Of a DNA stretch of 60,770 bases, positions 25,471-36,561 are shown piece by piece. The position numbers and the translations under genes are program-made. The stretch spans positions 1 through 60,770 of IMG/VR virus record IMGVR_UViG_3300045962_000005; one strand, given 5' to 3'. Position 1 is the first letter of the stretch, and each line of letters opens with the position of its first letter. The notes beneath the pieces are model-generated. The model was not told the origin of the DNA and did no database searches. It saw nothing but the letters and a program-made list of their open reading frames with translations. Origin of the DNA: a virus. Lineage: Duplodnaviria > Caudoviricetes.

Positions 25471-25533
25471 ATTACTAGGTATTCTAGTAATTATTTTATT
25501 TATAATTGGGCATAATATATAGGAGAATTTTTT

Positions 25534-26451
25534 ATGCAAGATACAACAAATATTAAAGTACCAGCGCATATAGCAGCTAAAATTGAAGCTAATAAAAAAG
25601 CTGGTATAAAGTCTAGTATTGCATCGGCCTTAGCGGGTTCTGTTAATATACCACGCATATCTAAAAAGTCTAGTCGATTCAGATTAAACTCTGGTGGTAT
25701 CGAGACAGTGATAGGAATGGAGTTAGATATTATTATTGTCGGGTCTAATCCGTTTACTTCTAAGATATACTACGATAAAGACTATGAAGACGATTCAGAA
25801 GAATCACAAGCGCCACGCTGTTTATCCAGTAATGGTAGAAAGCCTGATGCAGAGGTAGAAGAACCTATTGCTGAGTCCTGCTTAACTTGTGCTAATAATG
25901 TACTGGGTTCTAAGATTACGCCTAAAGGCGCAAAGTCTAAGATATGCTCAGATGTACGTTATCTGGCAGTAGTTCCAGCGTCCGACCCGACGCAGGTATA
26001 TCAGATGCAGATTTCTGTAACGGAGATGAAAGGGCTACGTGAATATATTAGTTTACTAAATAACTATGGTATTCCACCGGAGTACGTAATAACTAAGCTG
26101 ACCTTTGATGATAAAGCGTCTTATCCTAGAGTTATATTTAACCGCAGTGGTTTCGTTCCTGAAAAAGCAATGGACGCTATTACTAAGTTGCAGGATACCG
26201 ACGACGTTAAGATTGCTACAAAGGAAATCCCGCACCCTGACGCTATGCCAATAGGAGCAATGCAAAAGCAGGCTATAGCAAATGTTACGCCTATTGAAAA
26301 GGCTAAGCCAAAACCAAAACCGGAACCTATTGCAGTTACCGATGCAGAAGCTGTTGCTGTTGAACCATCTGTTAAACCTGCGAAAGCGCCTAAAGATGAT
26401 AAGCAAAATCAAGAACTTGAATCGGAACTTGACAACTTATTTGGAACCTAA
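25534..26451 (+). CDS. Putative single-stranded DNA-binding/annealing protein
   Basis: 305 aa. PRCLS.NG..PD...C..C..N..GS...C motif, acidic tail ending LDNLFGT; replication-module position. Confidence 0.6.
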   Translation: MQDTTNIKVPAHIAAKIEANKKAGIKSSIASALAGSVNIPRISKKSSRFRLNSGGIETVIGMELDIIIVGSNPFTSKIYYDKDYEDDSEESQAPRCLSSNGRKPDAEVEEPIAESCLTCANNVLGSKITPKGAKSKICSDVRYLAVVPASDPTQVYQMQISVTEMKGLREYISLLNNYGIPPEYVITKLTFDDKASYPRVIFNRSGFVPEKAMDAITKLQDTDDVKIATKEIPHPDAMPIGAMQKQAIANVTPIEKAKPKPKPEPIAVTDAEAVAVEPSVKPAKAPKDDKQNQELESELDNLFGT

Positions 26452-26498
26452 TAGTATTAGGATAAGTATGGTTTTTTAGGGCTGGCACTCTAAATACG

Positions 26499-26530
26499 GG
26501 GCACTGGTTTACCCAAATCGGTGTCCTTTT
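26499..26530 (+). terminator. Putative rho-independent terminator
   Basis: GGGCACTGGTTT-ACCC-AAATCGGTGTCC followed by TTTT. Confidence 0.6.
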
Positions 26531-26558
26531 GTATTTATAAATTGGGCGTAAAAAGGAG

Positions 26559-29426
26559 TTGGGCGTGGACTTACGAACTTACTTGGCTAAGTTATTAGCT
26601 AGTGAAAACAGATATGTACTTTGGGTACATAAAACAAAGGGCACTTACAATAAAAATTGTGAGACATTAGAAGAAGCGGAAAAAGAAATAACCGCATTAG
26701 ACAAATCGCTAAGCACCGTTTATATAGCAGTCGGTAAGTTTGCTGATAATATCGGCATCCATAAAAAGACAGGCTCAGAATATGTTCAGCGTAAGCAAGA
26801 CCAAGCGACACATTTCAAAAGTCTATGTGTAGACTTAGATGTAGACGCAAATAATCCAACTAAATACCCGTCGCAAAGAGAAGCAGCTAAAACACTGTTT
26901 GCTACCTGCGATAAGATAAACCTGCATAGACCAATGCTGATAAACTCAGGGTATGGTGTTCATGCATACTGGCCTCTAACCATGTCTATAAGTAAAGACA
27001 TGTGGGTTAAGATGTCTACAAGTTTATTCCACGCACTAACAAAAAATGGATGCATACTAGATGCGTCGAAGGTGCATGACCCGTCGATGGTGCTGCGTCC
27101 GGTAGGAACGCACAACAAAAAAGATAAATCATCGTGGAAAGAAGTTACACAAATAACCGACGTACCAGAAATTAATCCGGTAGAACTGGGTAAAGTACTG
27201 GCTCAGTATTACATACCTCCCGCGCAGAAAAGCGTTTTATCTGGTAAAAAGAAAGAGCAGAATCAGAATGCTATTGTAGCAGCGATACTCAATAGTGAAC
27301 CTGTAGTAGAGATAAAATCTTTAATAGGTTGTGGGCAGATGAAACCTATTATCGAAACGAATGGTGCGTTAGCCTACAATGACGCTAAGGTTAGTGAACC
27401 GTTATGGCGTGCATCTTTAGGTATAGCCAAGTTTTGTATCGACAAAGAGCAAGCAGCTATCTATGTATCTAAAGGGCATCCAGACTACGACGAAGACGAT
27501 GTACTGAACAAGCTGGACTTGTACGCTGGTACTGGGCCAACGACCTGTAGCACGTTTGATAAATTGCTACCGGAAGGGTGTATTAATTGTCCGCACAAGC
27601 ACACACTGACGACACCGTTGCAGCTAGGTAATGGTGCAACAGAAATCACTGAAGTCAATCCTGAAACTAATAAGAAGGAGGAAATAGCATTACCAAGAGG
27701 GTATGAGTTTAAAGGCAACAGAATTGTTTATATAAACTCAATCACAAATGAAGAACTATTTGTCTCGTCGTACCTGATGTGGGTTGTTTCCCGCGTCACA
27801 GATGTAGAAGAAAGCACTAACTATGCGAATATCGCAGTGAAATTTCCTACTGAGGGGGTACGCTTGATAAAAGTTGAGTCCGCAGTAATAGCAGCTGGTG
27901 GCAACGATTTACGTAAAGCGCTGGCTGAAAAGCAAGTCTATATAAAAGAAAATATAGAACCGATTAAAGGATATTTTATGAACTTTCTAAAGAAACTACA
28001 AATAGAAACACCAGCCGATAAGAGCTACGCGCATTTGGGTTGGCAGGACGATGGAACGTTTTTAGCAGCTGACAATGAGTTAATAGGCTCAAAAGACGAT
28101 ACAAAGGTTTACTTAGATAAAGGCGTAGGCCAGATAGCTAAAGGTATGAAAGCATATGGGTCTATGGATGCCTATGTGAATGCAACGAAGGTATATGACC
28201 TAGACGAATTTTCATTGCACGCCTATGTATATCTTGTTGGGCTGGGCGCACCGCTCTTTGCGTTCAGTGGTCTGGCTAGTGCCGTTGTGAATATGTTTAG
28301 CGTAAGCTCTGGTTCTGGTAAGACAATAACAGGTAACATGATACTAGCGGCATGGGGCAATCCCTATATACTATCATTCACCAACGACGATACCGAATTG
28401 TCACTGTACAAAAAGCTAGGCATACTGCGCAGTGCTGGCGGGTACGCTGATGAGATAACAACCAAGGACGATAAAACGCTACGAGATTTCGTTATGGACG
28501 TCCAGCGCGGTAAAGAAAGGAACCGACTAAATAGAGGTGCAGACGGATTCAGGGAAGGTGCCTCATGGCAAATGCCCTTTATAACAAGTAGTAATAAAGA
28601 CCTGTATGATGTCATGGCAGGTAAAATGACTAATGAAGCTGAACAGCTACGTGTAGTACAGGTTACTCTTGAAAGGTCGGGATTCCTAGAAGGAGATAAG
28701 GGCACCAAGCGCGGTAAAGCATGGGCTGAAATACCTTTAAATAACTACGGGCATATCGGGCCTATGTTTGTAAAAGCAGTGTTTAAAGAGGCTAAGGCTG
28801 AAGGGTTAACTATTCAGCAATGGGCTAGTAAGATGCAATCAGAGATGATGGATAAAGGCAATACGTTTCTGGCAAAAGAAAGATTCTATTTACAGATACA
28901 TGCCCTTGCCTACATAGCAGCATATATTTGTAACAAGTATGGCTTAATAAAGTTTAATGGTATGAAAGCAGTTAACGCAGGATATAAGTTTATATCCGGT
29001 ACAGTACGTCAGCGTCGTGAAAACAATAGAATGTCAGGACTAGAAACGGTGTCGCAATTCTTAACTGAGTGCCAAGACCAAATAGTTAACTGGATTGAAA
29101 AGCCAACGAACAAGTACGTTATACAACCAGCACCAAGAACAGCATCGGCACGTAAAGAGTTAATAGAAGATGGAAACGGAGCCATAGCTACCGCTACTTT
29201 ATTCATTAGCAAGCAGGCATTTAGGTACTGGTGCAAGCAACGTGGGGCTAATTATAATTACATAGTTGACGACTTAATCGCCGCGGGTATATCGTGCGAC
29301 GACAACGCAAGGTCTTCTTTATACAGAGGTGTAGCAGGTCAAAGTACGGGTAGGGTGCGATGTTTAGAAATTAATTTACTGTCTACAGACGATACTAAGC
29401 AGCTTGCTGAAAAAATAAATATATAG
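26559..29426 (+). CDS. Primase-helicase (AEP/RepB-like primase plus DUF927-type P-loop domain)
   Basis: 955 aa, TTG start. VDLD, SGYGVHAYW, VLRPVGTHN, C..CPH and Walker A SGSGKT. Confidence 0.8.
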   Translation: MGVDLRTYLAKLLASENRYVLWVHKTKGTYNKNCETLEEAEKEITALDKSLSTVYIAVGKFADNIGIHKKTGSEYVQRKQDQATHFKSLCVDLDVDANNPTKYPSQREAAKTLFATCDKINLHRPMLINSGYGVHAYWPLTMSISKDMWVKMSTSLFHALTKNGCILDASKVHDPSMVLRPVGTHNKKDKSSWKEVTQITDVPEINPVELGKVLAQYYIPPAQKSVLSGKKKEQNQNAIVAAILNSEPVVEIKSLIGCGQMKPIIETNGALAYNDAKVSEPLWRASLGIAKFCIDKEQAAIYVSKGHPDYDEDDVLNKLDLYAGTGPTTCSTFDKLLPEGCINCPHKHTLTTPLQLGNGATEITEVNPETNKKEEIALPRGYEFKGNRIVYINSITNEELFVSSYLMWVVSRVTDVEESTNYANIAVKFPTEGVRLIKVESAVIAAGGNDLRKALAEKQVYIKENIEPIKGYFMNFLKKLQIETPADKSYAHLGWQDDGTFLAADNELIGSKDDTKVYLDKGVGQIAKGMKAYGSMDAYVNATKVYDLDEFSLHAYVYLVGLGAPLFAFSGLASAVVNMFSVSSGSGKTITGNMILAAWGNPYILSFTNDDTELSLYKKLGILRSAGGYADEITTKDDKTLRDFVMDVQRGKERNRLNRGADGFREGASWQMPFITSSNKDLYDVMAGKMTNEAEQLRVVQVTLERSGFLEGDKGTKRGKAWAEIPLNNYGHIGPMFVKAVFKEAKAEGLTIQQWASKMQSEMMDKGNTFLAKERFYLQIHALAYIAAYICNKYGLIKFNGMKAVNAGYKFISGTVRQRRENNRMSGLETVSQFLTECQDQIVNWIEKPTNKYVIQPAPRTASARKELIEDGNGAIATATLFISKQAFRYWCKQRGANYNYIVDDLIAAGISCDDNARSSLYRGVAGQSTGRVRCLEINLLSTDDTKQLAEKINI

Positions 29427-29467
29427 TACACTGTAAGAACAACTCATATAGAGTAGTCCTTTGTTGT

Positions 29468-29502
29468 TGCCCTTCTATTCCTCCTTTAGAGGGGCATTTT
29501 TT
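29468..29502 (+). terminator. Terminator where the two arms converge
   Basis: TGCCCTTCTA-loop-TAGAGGGGCA followed by TTTTTT. Confidence 0.7.
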
Positions 29503-29755
29503 AAGCCATCCCTGCGTTTTCAGTTCTCTTAAAGCTTCTGTTTTTATTTTTGTTAATGACTCTGGTGTTACCTTTTTTTGAACCGCCTTTAGCTAAAGGT
29601 TTAACGTGATGCACGTCCATGCCGTCACCTTTACTCGCTCTACCTTCTTTCATAGCTTTGGCTCTTGCCCTGTTACGAGCTGCCCTGTTTTTCTTTTGCT
29701 CTGGTCGGCTATGGTAATTTTCATACTCTTTTTTGTAGTTACGTTTAGCTGCCAT
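29501..29755 (-). CDS. HNH endonuclease-like protein
   Basis: 84 aa, DVHHVKPLAKGG...N......NR. Confidence 0.8.
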   Translation of the reverse strand: MAAKRNYKKEYENYHSRPEQKKNRAARNRARAKAMKEGRASKGDGMDVHHVKPLAKGGSKKGNTRVINKNKNRSFKRTENAGMA

Positions 29756-29756
29756 T

Positions 29757-32700
29757 TTAGTTCTCCTGTATATCTAGTTCCTCTCTTAGCTCTTCAATCA
29801 TCCTACGATTCAAGTCTCTTATTTCTGCACTAAGTTTTTCTAAGTTTGGAAACCTTTGCCTGTTTGCTTCTCTACGCAGCCTGCTGATACTGGTTGCATA
29901 CTTTCTCTTAATCGCCTTTATATTCCACGTCTTGTATACTTTAGCATCTGGAACGTTTATTTGGAATACGCCTAGCCCTAAATTCCTTGCAACGTCAATC
30001 CACGGATTAGGTTCACTACCAGATGGCCCTTGCTCCCCTGTAAAGTATTTGTCGGCGTCGGCGTATGCCTTGGTAGCCCATCCGGGTGCCATGTTATTCG
30101 CAACGTAACCTATAGCTTTCAGTGTTGACTCGTATCGCGTATCAGTCTCTTCGTGTATAGGCTTATGTGTTAGCGACTGTTTATTTGCAAGTAGGTCAAA
30201 GAATATGGTTAAAGGGCCACCGGGATTTACTACTTGAGGCAATCCAGAATTAGACATAGTTTCTATATCCGCTAATGGTATGACTCTCGCCAGATTATAG
30301 TATATTGGGTTACCTTCTTCATCGCTCCACGGCATCCTGATATAGTTGGGTATGGAAGGTATACCCCATAGCGTGCTTTGGTGCCAATCGGGAAGAAGTG
30401 CCCACTCTTTATCCTGCTCATCGTCATCCATGCCAAGTATTGCATAGAACGCAGCGTTCGCCGTATACACAGCACCGACAGTACTCATTAATTTCCACGG
30501 CTTAGTGATGGCTATACGTGACATAATACCAGCAGCTCTATAAGGCCATGCCATGAAAGGTAGCAATGTTTGGCGTAGCGTCTTAACAGCGGGAGCATGG
30601 ATATTATAATCTACAAACGCACGGGTAGCTTCCATAGCTGCCTCTTGTTTCATTTTCATACCGACGTCACCGCTCTTAGGTATGCCCTTTTTACCAGCAC
30701 TATCCTGCAGTACCGTCATGTACATAGCTAAACGAGCGATGTTGTCCTGCATACTGTATAGGTCAATCATAGTTGAAGAGGCACGCTCAAAAAGCGTTAT
30801 CGCTTTCATCAGGTTACTCTTTTCTGAACCTTCCCCCTGCTGGATTTTATACAGTAGGTCGTCGAACAAGCTATCTGCTTGAGGGTCGTAGTCTGCTGTC
30901 TTGGCCTGAGCAAGTGTAATACCCATAGCGTTCATTTCAGCGACCAACGCTTTTTCTTCTGCCGTTGGCTTTTTACCGTACGCTACATGTATAACAGCTT
31001 TAGCAGCCGTGATAAAGTTTTCAGACGGTACGTCATGCATATACAGAAATACAAAGTTGCCAGTGATATTGTTTATGTGAGCTGCAGGTGAGTACGCTGT
31101 TTTGTTACGTTTCCACGCAGCGATTATAGCGTTATAACTTTCGTTATCGACTATGGGGCTTACATCTTTAAAGTCTTCTATCCCTGCAAATACTGGCCCT
31201 CTAACTAGCTTACCTGCTAGGTCACCAAATTCAGTTCTCATATCAGGGTTATCAGGTATGGCTACCCAAGAACCGGGGATACGTGCTTTACGTAATAGCT
31301 TTCTATACTCTTTCTTACTGCTTTTTTTACCGCTTATCAGCGCTGTATGCGTCCGTTCCTTATCAATCATATCAGAAAGTTCTTCAGGGATATCAACGTT
31401 TCCAGCAGCGTCATTCTTGAGAACGCCGTCTATAATCCACTTATCTTCTGTATTCTCTATCTCCTGATTTTCAGTTATCATCGCCTGTGTATTCATGCGT
31501 GTATCTATTGCCATACCGAGTTCTTGTATGAAAGCGGTTAAGCCTGATAAACCTGTAGCTCTGGTTATTGGATTAGAACTAAACTTAGTATTTTCGTGTT
31601 CAGCTAAATGCCGGTTCTGTTCTGAAACAGTGCGTTGACGAGCAAACAAATGCAGGTCGCTGTCATGCTTGTCCTTGCCTATATGTTTAAGTGGTCTGGC
31701 ATTTTCATCGACTTTCCAGCCATTGTCTTTTAGCAGCTGTTTATTCTTAGCTGCCCACGCAGGGATTATTATAGTTTCGTTGTTAGCACCAAGAGCAACG
31801 ACAAAACGTTTTGACTGCATGTCTCGCTTGCTGTGCCACTTACCACCTGATTGATAAGGCCATAGTATATTGTTTACATTGACTGTTTCTAAATGTACGT
31901 CGCTATCTCTGCTACTCTTTTTATCGCTTACAGGGCTAAAAGTATCTATGTTAGTTCCGCGTATGAATTTAAACTGACCCGTTTTACCAATGGCGAATAG
32001 TTCACGTATCGGAGGAAAACCTTCTGATGTAGTTTTTATTTGCCCAGTGCCAACCGCAACGTCGTACATGTGCCTTACACTGGCTATCAAATCGACTACG
32101 GGTTGCTGGTATTTTTTAGGCAACTGCTTACGAATAACTTCTTCAAATTTTGCATTGTCTAAATTATCTAATACCATCTGTTGCTGAGCTTCGTTCATGG
32201 TAACCAGCTCGTCATAAGACGCATGGGCAACGTTCATTATACCCTGCCTTTGCGCGCTAACTGCACGGATGCTATTCTTAAACGAATCAGGTGTACCGAA
32301 ACCACTAAACCAGTTAGAAAATATATACCCAACCATTTTTGCCATTGGCGTATTTTTCTCTGTAAACGATACGACTTTAGTGCCAGCAGCATTGTATACT
32401 GCATCTTCTGCAAATTGGCTAAACGTAGTATATTTGCCATCGAAAAAGGCAGTGCTGATAGCTCTGGTCACTGCATCAAATATAGACTCTAGCACCCTAT
32501 CCGGTAGCCATGCACTTCTGCGTTTACCCCAAGTCTTTTTGTTTTTTCTGTTCTTAACTACGGTTATATTCTTTTCTTGGTAAGCTAAAGACTTACCTGT
32601 TTCAATACGTTTCTTCTCCCGTATGCTTTCCTCATAAGCTTCTTTACCTGATAGCGTGCCATTATTCATAGCATCTATTACCGCTTTCTCATGCATCGAC

Positions 32701-35700
32701 TGTGTGTAGTCGCTATCACCTTGCGTATCATTAAAAGTTTTACTGTCTAATGAAACCGCTGGTTTAGGTACGCCGCGTATAGAAAATATGTCATTGCCTT
32801 TGTTAGATTCAGCGTATATCTCAGCTAACAGTGCTGAGTTAGCCTCCATCACATCGTCAAACATATTGTCGTATTCTTTATTACGAACCATTATCTTATT
32901 GCCAAGGCCGAACAGGGTAGCCATTTTAAACTTAAATGCCTGCCATAGATTCTTACCTTTCACTGCTTTAGTTTTCGGTGCAACTACCGTTTTGAGAAAT
33001 GCTTGGAATTTATTGCTGGTCATACTGTAAGCAACGAACTCATCTAAGTTAGCAGTGCCATCACCGTTGTCTATCACTTCAGAGATAATGCCATGTGCCG
33101 TTTTATTGTTAATTTTTAGCGCTGCTTTCTGTGAGTCTGACATTTTGTTAAATGTAGTAACAGCGTGCTTAGCTAATCTTTCTATATCCTTCACTATGCG
33201 TTTTTGATTCGTGGTAAGAACATTACCTGTTCTAGCAGAGTTTAGTATACCCAACGTAGTAGCGTGCAGGACTTCATGCAGGATAGTCTCTACATTATCG
33301 CCACCTTTGTATAAGGTTATGTGAATTTTCCCGTCGTCGTCTAGGCTGGTATGCCCTACAACGGTTGAGCCATTACCATTTACACCTTTTTCTGCTGAAA
33401 TAGTAAGCCGTATATTGTCTATAAAAGGCGCTGTAGTTACTCCGTCTTCTTGAAATACACTACCGAGTCTAGCTTCTGCAGAACGAGATGCTAACTGGTT
33501 TAGTATCCGATACAAGTTTTCTCTAAGTACCTGTACAGCAGGATACATTTGAGGTGTCAGTGCACCTAACAACGCTTCTACCGGGGATATATTTTTGTGC
33601 GATTCCTCAGCTTCTTTCTGAGCTTCTATAATCTTATCCTGAATCTGAGTAGTACCCGCTTTTGGATGGGTTCGTACGTTATCTTTCCCAGATTCAAACG
33701 TTATTGACCCTTCAGGGTTACGCAGCCTCTCTTGTGTTTCGTTAAGTTTGCGTATCTCATTAGCGGGTATCCTGCCCGGTTCAACTGCATTACTTTGTTT
33801 GTACTGCTTGTATAGCTGAGAAAAACGCACTCCTGTTTTAGACTCTTGCCCAGCAGCTGCTGTCCATAGCGGGTCTTTTTTAGACATAGCTGCAAATGCT
33901 TTTGAGCCAAACATCGCGGCGTTAAGTGCATCCCTGCCTACAAGCAGCTCTATCTCTGCAAATAATTCATTGATGTTTTCGGTTACCCAGTTTAAAGCTG
34001 ACTTATTAGACCTTTCGTTTGTTTCTAGGTCAATAGGCAATTCAAACTGTTCTGCTATATCTTCTAGGTCTACTTCTATGTTAAACCCGTAGCGTCGAAC
34101 CAACTCTTCTTGATCTTTATTTAATACGCCACCGTCTGCTTGTTTCTTTAGCGCTTCCAGTAAGTCAACTTTTAAATCTTCTGGTATCCTGCCTTTAGTT
34201 GCAGAGCGACCCATAGGGTCTACGTTACCGAATCTACTTTTTATAGTATCGTATCGGTTAAGTAAACCACGTAGCTCGTCAAATTTAGCAACTAGGTCTT
34301 CAGTTGCCGGTTTATTTTCTAGCTGCTGGTATATGGCCTCGACCATATTTTGCTCACCCGCAGGTATTTTTGCTCTATCTATACTACCGAACCCTGCGAC
34401 AATACGACTAGCTGCAAGTCCAAGTTCGGGATAATTATACTTACCCGCAAGTTCGTTAGCCCTTCGTCGTAACTGCCCTCTGGCACGGGCGGTCATATCA
34501 GTAGTTCTACCATACTTGTTCAGAGTATCGAAAAATTTACGTATGTCAGCTGGCATAGCCTGACCTCTGAAATTTTTTCTGAATTTTCCTTTGGCGGTGA
34601 ATATCTCAGATGCTAATTCCTTTTTGTCTCTTTTAGCATCTTTAACATTTTTATACCTAGACTTTCTTATTTTTCCTAGCATCTCTTTTACTGAGTTAGG
34701 AGTCACGCCATTAATAAGGCTAATTAACGCTGCCATCGCACCGTCTTGTTGTTTAACCTTTTTAGCGTAAGCCTCACCCGTTAGCTTAACTGTGCTAGTA
34801 TCTTCGTTCTCAAATACCCGCATAGCAGCGGGCACGGTAGTATTCTTTTCATTTTTTGCTGGCTTTACTTGCTTCTGTGTCGCTGGTTCTACGGCATCAT
34901 TGACACCAGCCTCGTCAAGCATAGCTTCTAAATCTTTTAAGTTAGCCTGAAGTTCTTCATCGGTTGCATCAGGGTTCTTATCACGCAGCTCAGCAGTATC
35001 TATTTCCTGTTCAGATGGTTTCTCTGGCGGTTGTTCGTCTACTGTCGATTCGCTATCAGTTTCTTTTGCTACCGTAGCTTCTGTCTTAATCTCAGGCACT
35101 TTAATAATTGATTTTTCCGCTTCTGCCAAGTACCTGCTGCGTAAACTTTTAGCCTCGTTGCGTGCGTTAGCCGCTTTAATAGACTCTTCTGTTAATTGCT
35201 TTTCGCTATTAGTGGTATCGTTAATAAAAGCTAATGCTTCGTTATTCTTTAACGATTGCATGAGTGCATCATTAGACAGTATATTCGCTCTGTCTTTTTT
35301 ATTAAGCCCAGTGACGCTATCCAGCTTAGCTTCTAATTCTTCTATGTTTGTACTGTAGGATAACTCGTTCTTAATGCGCGATAGCTTTTTAGGCCCAATC
35401 CCAACTATAGCACTCAATTCGTTTAACGCTGCATTCCACTCATCTTGATGAAGCATTGGGTTCTCTAGATTGACTTTAGCTCTTTCTGTGCCTAAATCCT
35501 TTATTAGATTAAATTCTTCCAAGGCCAGTGTTTGCGCTTTGCTACCTTCTTCTGCTTCCTCTACGCGCTTACGCAAGTCCATAAAGTACTTAGTCGTGAA
35601 GTCTTTTTTAGCATCAGCTACTTCTTGCTTACGCCTGAAAGCTGCATCATCTTTTTCCTGTTTTATTTCTCCCTTAACAGTTTTACGTGCTGGGTCTACT

Positions 35701-36560
35701 AAAGAAGTACCCGCACCCATTACGGAACCTGCTAAAAGCCCTTCAGCCATTCCCCTACCAAGGTCTTCATCCCATTCTCTACCTTGCACTATATTAGCAG
35801 GGATAGTTTCAAACGGTGCCTGAAGTAGTTCTTCAGCGCCTTCCATTACAGCACTTGCACCCATACGAGCTGTAAGCGATTTTCCTAATGTACTTTGTGC
35901 TTTGCCTAGTAAGCCGTCTGCGACTTCGCCACGGAGAACTTTTTCTACTGTTTCACTCGATGCGCCACCCGCAACGAGTGATTCTATATCGCCTGCGTGT
36001 AGCCCCATTTTCTGAGCGAGTGTACCACCACCGAACGCAACCAGACCTGTACCTGCGCCTGTAACTAAGGAGGCTAATTCGCTATCCGTTGCACTCATCT
36101 GGTGGCCAGCAGATATTGCGCCTTCGCCTATAGCGCCAGCACCTAGGCCAGTTTTCGCTAATCCTAGTGCCCTAGCACCTTTACCAAGAACACCACCCGC
36201 AAGCATATCTGGAGCTGTCCTAGCAATTAGATTGCCTAGCTGTGATGGGTTTTCTGCGTATGCACCGACGGTATCTAAAAAGCCTTTACCTTCCAGTGCC
36301 CTATTGAATTCCCTAGTTTCTGGCCTCTTTAGCGCATCTAGTTTTTGTGCTTCTGTTGCTAAGTCGTAGCCTGCATAGTCTTCAACGGCTTGCAGCGCTT
36401 TGGACGCTGGGTCAAATGGTAACGCGATATCAATTATACCTGCTAATGCATCAGGTAATCCCATACCACCCTGTTGGAGAGAGTAGCCTAAATCGGATAA
36501 GTATGTTGGTTCGTCGTCTTCTGTTTCTGGTGCAGGAGGTATAGCACTGAGCGGTAGCAT
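29757..36560 (-). CDS. Giant internal virion/ejection (polyvalent-type) protein
   Basis: 2267 aa. Gly/Ala-rich N-terminus, HEVLH (HExxH), LPD38-like C-terminus (DYN...LPF..W); last large gene of the late arm. Confidence 0.65.
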   Translation of the reverse strand: MLPLSAIPPAPETEDDEPTYLSDLGYSLQQGGMGLPDALAGIIDIALPFDPASKALQAVEDYAGYDLATEAQKLDALKRPETREFNRALEGKGFLDTVGAYAENPSQLGNLIARTAPDMLAGGVLGKGARALGLAKTGLGAGAIGEGAISAGHQMSATDSELASLVTGAGTGLVAFGGGTLAQKMGLHAGDIESLVAGGASSETVEKVLRGEVADGLLGKAQSTLGKSLTARMGASAVMEGAEELLQAPFETIPANIVQGREWDEDLGRGMAEGLLAGSVMGAGTSLVDPARKTVKGEIKQEKDDAAFRRKQEVADAKKDFTTKYFMDLRKRVEEAEEGSKAQTLALEEFNLIKDLGTERAKVNLENPMLHQDEWNAALNELSAIVGIGPKKLSRIKNELSYSTNIEELEAKLDSVTGLNKKDRANILSNDALMQSLKNNEALAFINDTTNSEKQLTEESIKAANARNEAKSLRSRYLAEAEKSIIKVPEIKTEATVAKETDSESTVDEQPPEKPSEQEIDTAELRDKNPDATDEELQANLKDLEAMLDEAGVNDAVEPATQKQVKPAKNEKNTTVPAAMRVFENEDTSTVKLTGEAYAKKVKQQDGAMAALISLINGVTPNSVKEMLGKIRKSRYKNVKDAKRDKKELASEIFTAKGKFRKNFRGQAMPADIRKFFDTLNKYGRTTDMTARARGQLRRRANELAGKYNYPELGLAASRIVAGFGSIDRAKIPAGEQNMVEAIYQQLENKPATEDLVAKFDELRGLLNRYDTIKSRFGNVDPMGRSATKGRIPEDLKVDLLEALKKQADGGVLNKDQEELVRRYGFNIEVDLEDIAEQFELPIDLETNERSNKSALNWVTENINELFAEIELLVGRDALNAAMFGSKAFAAMSKKDPLWTAAAGQESKTGVRFSQLYKQYKQSNAVEPGRIPANEIRKLNETQERLRNPEGSITFESGKDNVRTHPKAGTTQIQDKIIEAQKEAEESHKNISPVEALLGALTPQMYPAVQVLRENLYRILNQLASRSAEARLGSVFQEDGVTTAPFIDNIRLTISAEKGVNGNGSTVVGHTSLDDDGKIHITLYKGGDNVETILHEVLHATTLGILNSARTGNVLTTNQKRIVKDIERLAKHAVTTFNKMSDSQKAALKINNKTAHGIISEVIDNGDGTANLDEFVAYSMTSNKFQAFLKTVVAPKTKAVKGKNLWQAFKFKMATLFGLGNKIMVRNKEYDNMFDDVMEANSALLAEIYAESNKGNDIFSIRGVPKPAVSLDSKTFNDTQGDSDYTQSMHEKAVIDAMNNGTLSGKEAYEESIREKKRIETGKSLAYQEKNITVVKNRKNKKTWGKRRSAWLPDRVLESIFDAVTRAISTAFFDGKYTTFSQFAEDAVYNAAGTKVVSFTEKNTPMAKMVGYIFSNWFSGFGTPDSFKNSIRAVSAQRQGIMNVAHASYDELVTMNEAQQQMVLDNLDNAKFEEVIRKQLPKKYQQPVVDLIASVRHMYDVAVGTGQIKTTSEGFPPIRELFAIGKTGQFKFIRGTNIDTFSPVSDKKSSRDSDVHLETVNVNNILWPYQSGGKWHSKRDMQSKRFVVALGANNETIIIPAWAAKNKQLLKDNGWKVDENARPLKHIGKDKHDSDLHLFARQRTVSEQNRHLAEHENTKFSSNPITRATGLSGLTAFIQELGMAIDTRMNTQAMITENQEIENTEDKWIIDGVLKNDAAGNVDIPEELSDMIDKERTHTALISGKKSSKKEYRKLLRKARIPGSWVAIPDNPDMRTEFGDLAGKLVRGPVFAGIEDFKDVSPIVDNESYNAIIAAWKRNKTAYSPAAHINNITGNFVFLYMHDVPSENFITAAKAVIHVAYGKKPTAEEKALVAEMNAMGITLAQAKTADYDPQADSLFDDLLYKIQQGEGSEKSNLMKAITLFERASSTMIDLYSMQDNIARLAMYMTVLQDSAGKKGIPKSGDVGMKMKQEAAMEATRAFVDYNIHAPAVKTLRQTLLPFMAWPYRAAGIMSRIAITKPWKLMSTVGAVYTANAAFYAILGMDDDEQDKEWALLPDWHQSTLWGIPSIPNYIRMPWSDEEGNPIYYNLARVIPLADIETMSNSGLPQVVNPGGPLTIFFDLLANKQSLTHKPIHEETDTRYESTLKAIGYVANNMAPGWATKAYADADKYFTGEQGPSGSEPNPWIDVARNLGLGVFQINVPDAKVYKTWNIKAIKRKYATSISRLRREANRQRFPNLEKLSAEIRDLNRRMIEELREELDIQEN

Positions 36561-36561
36561 A

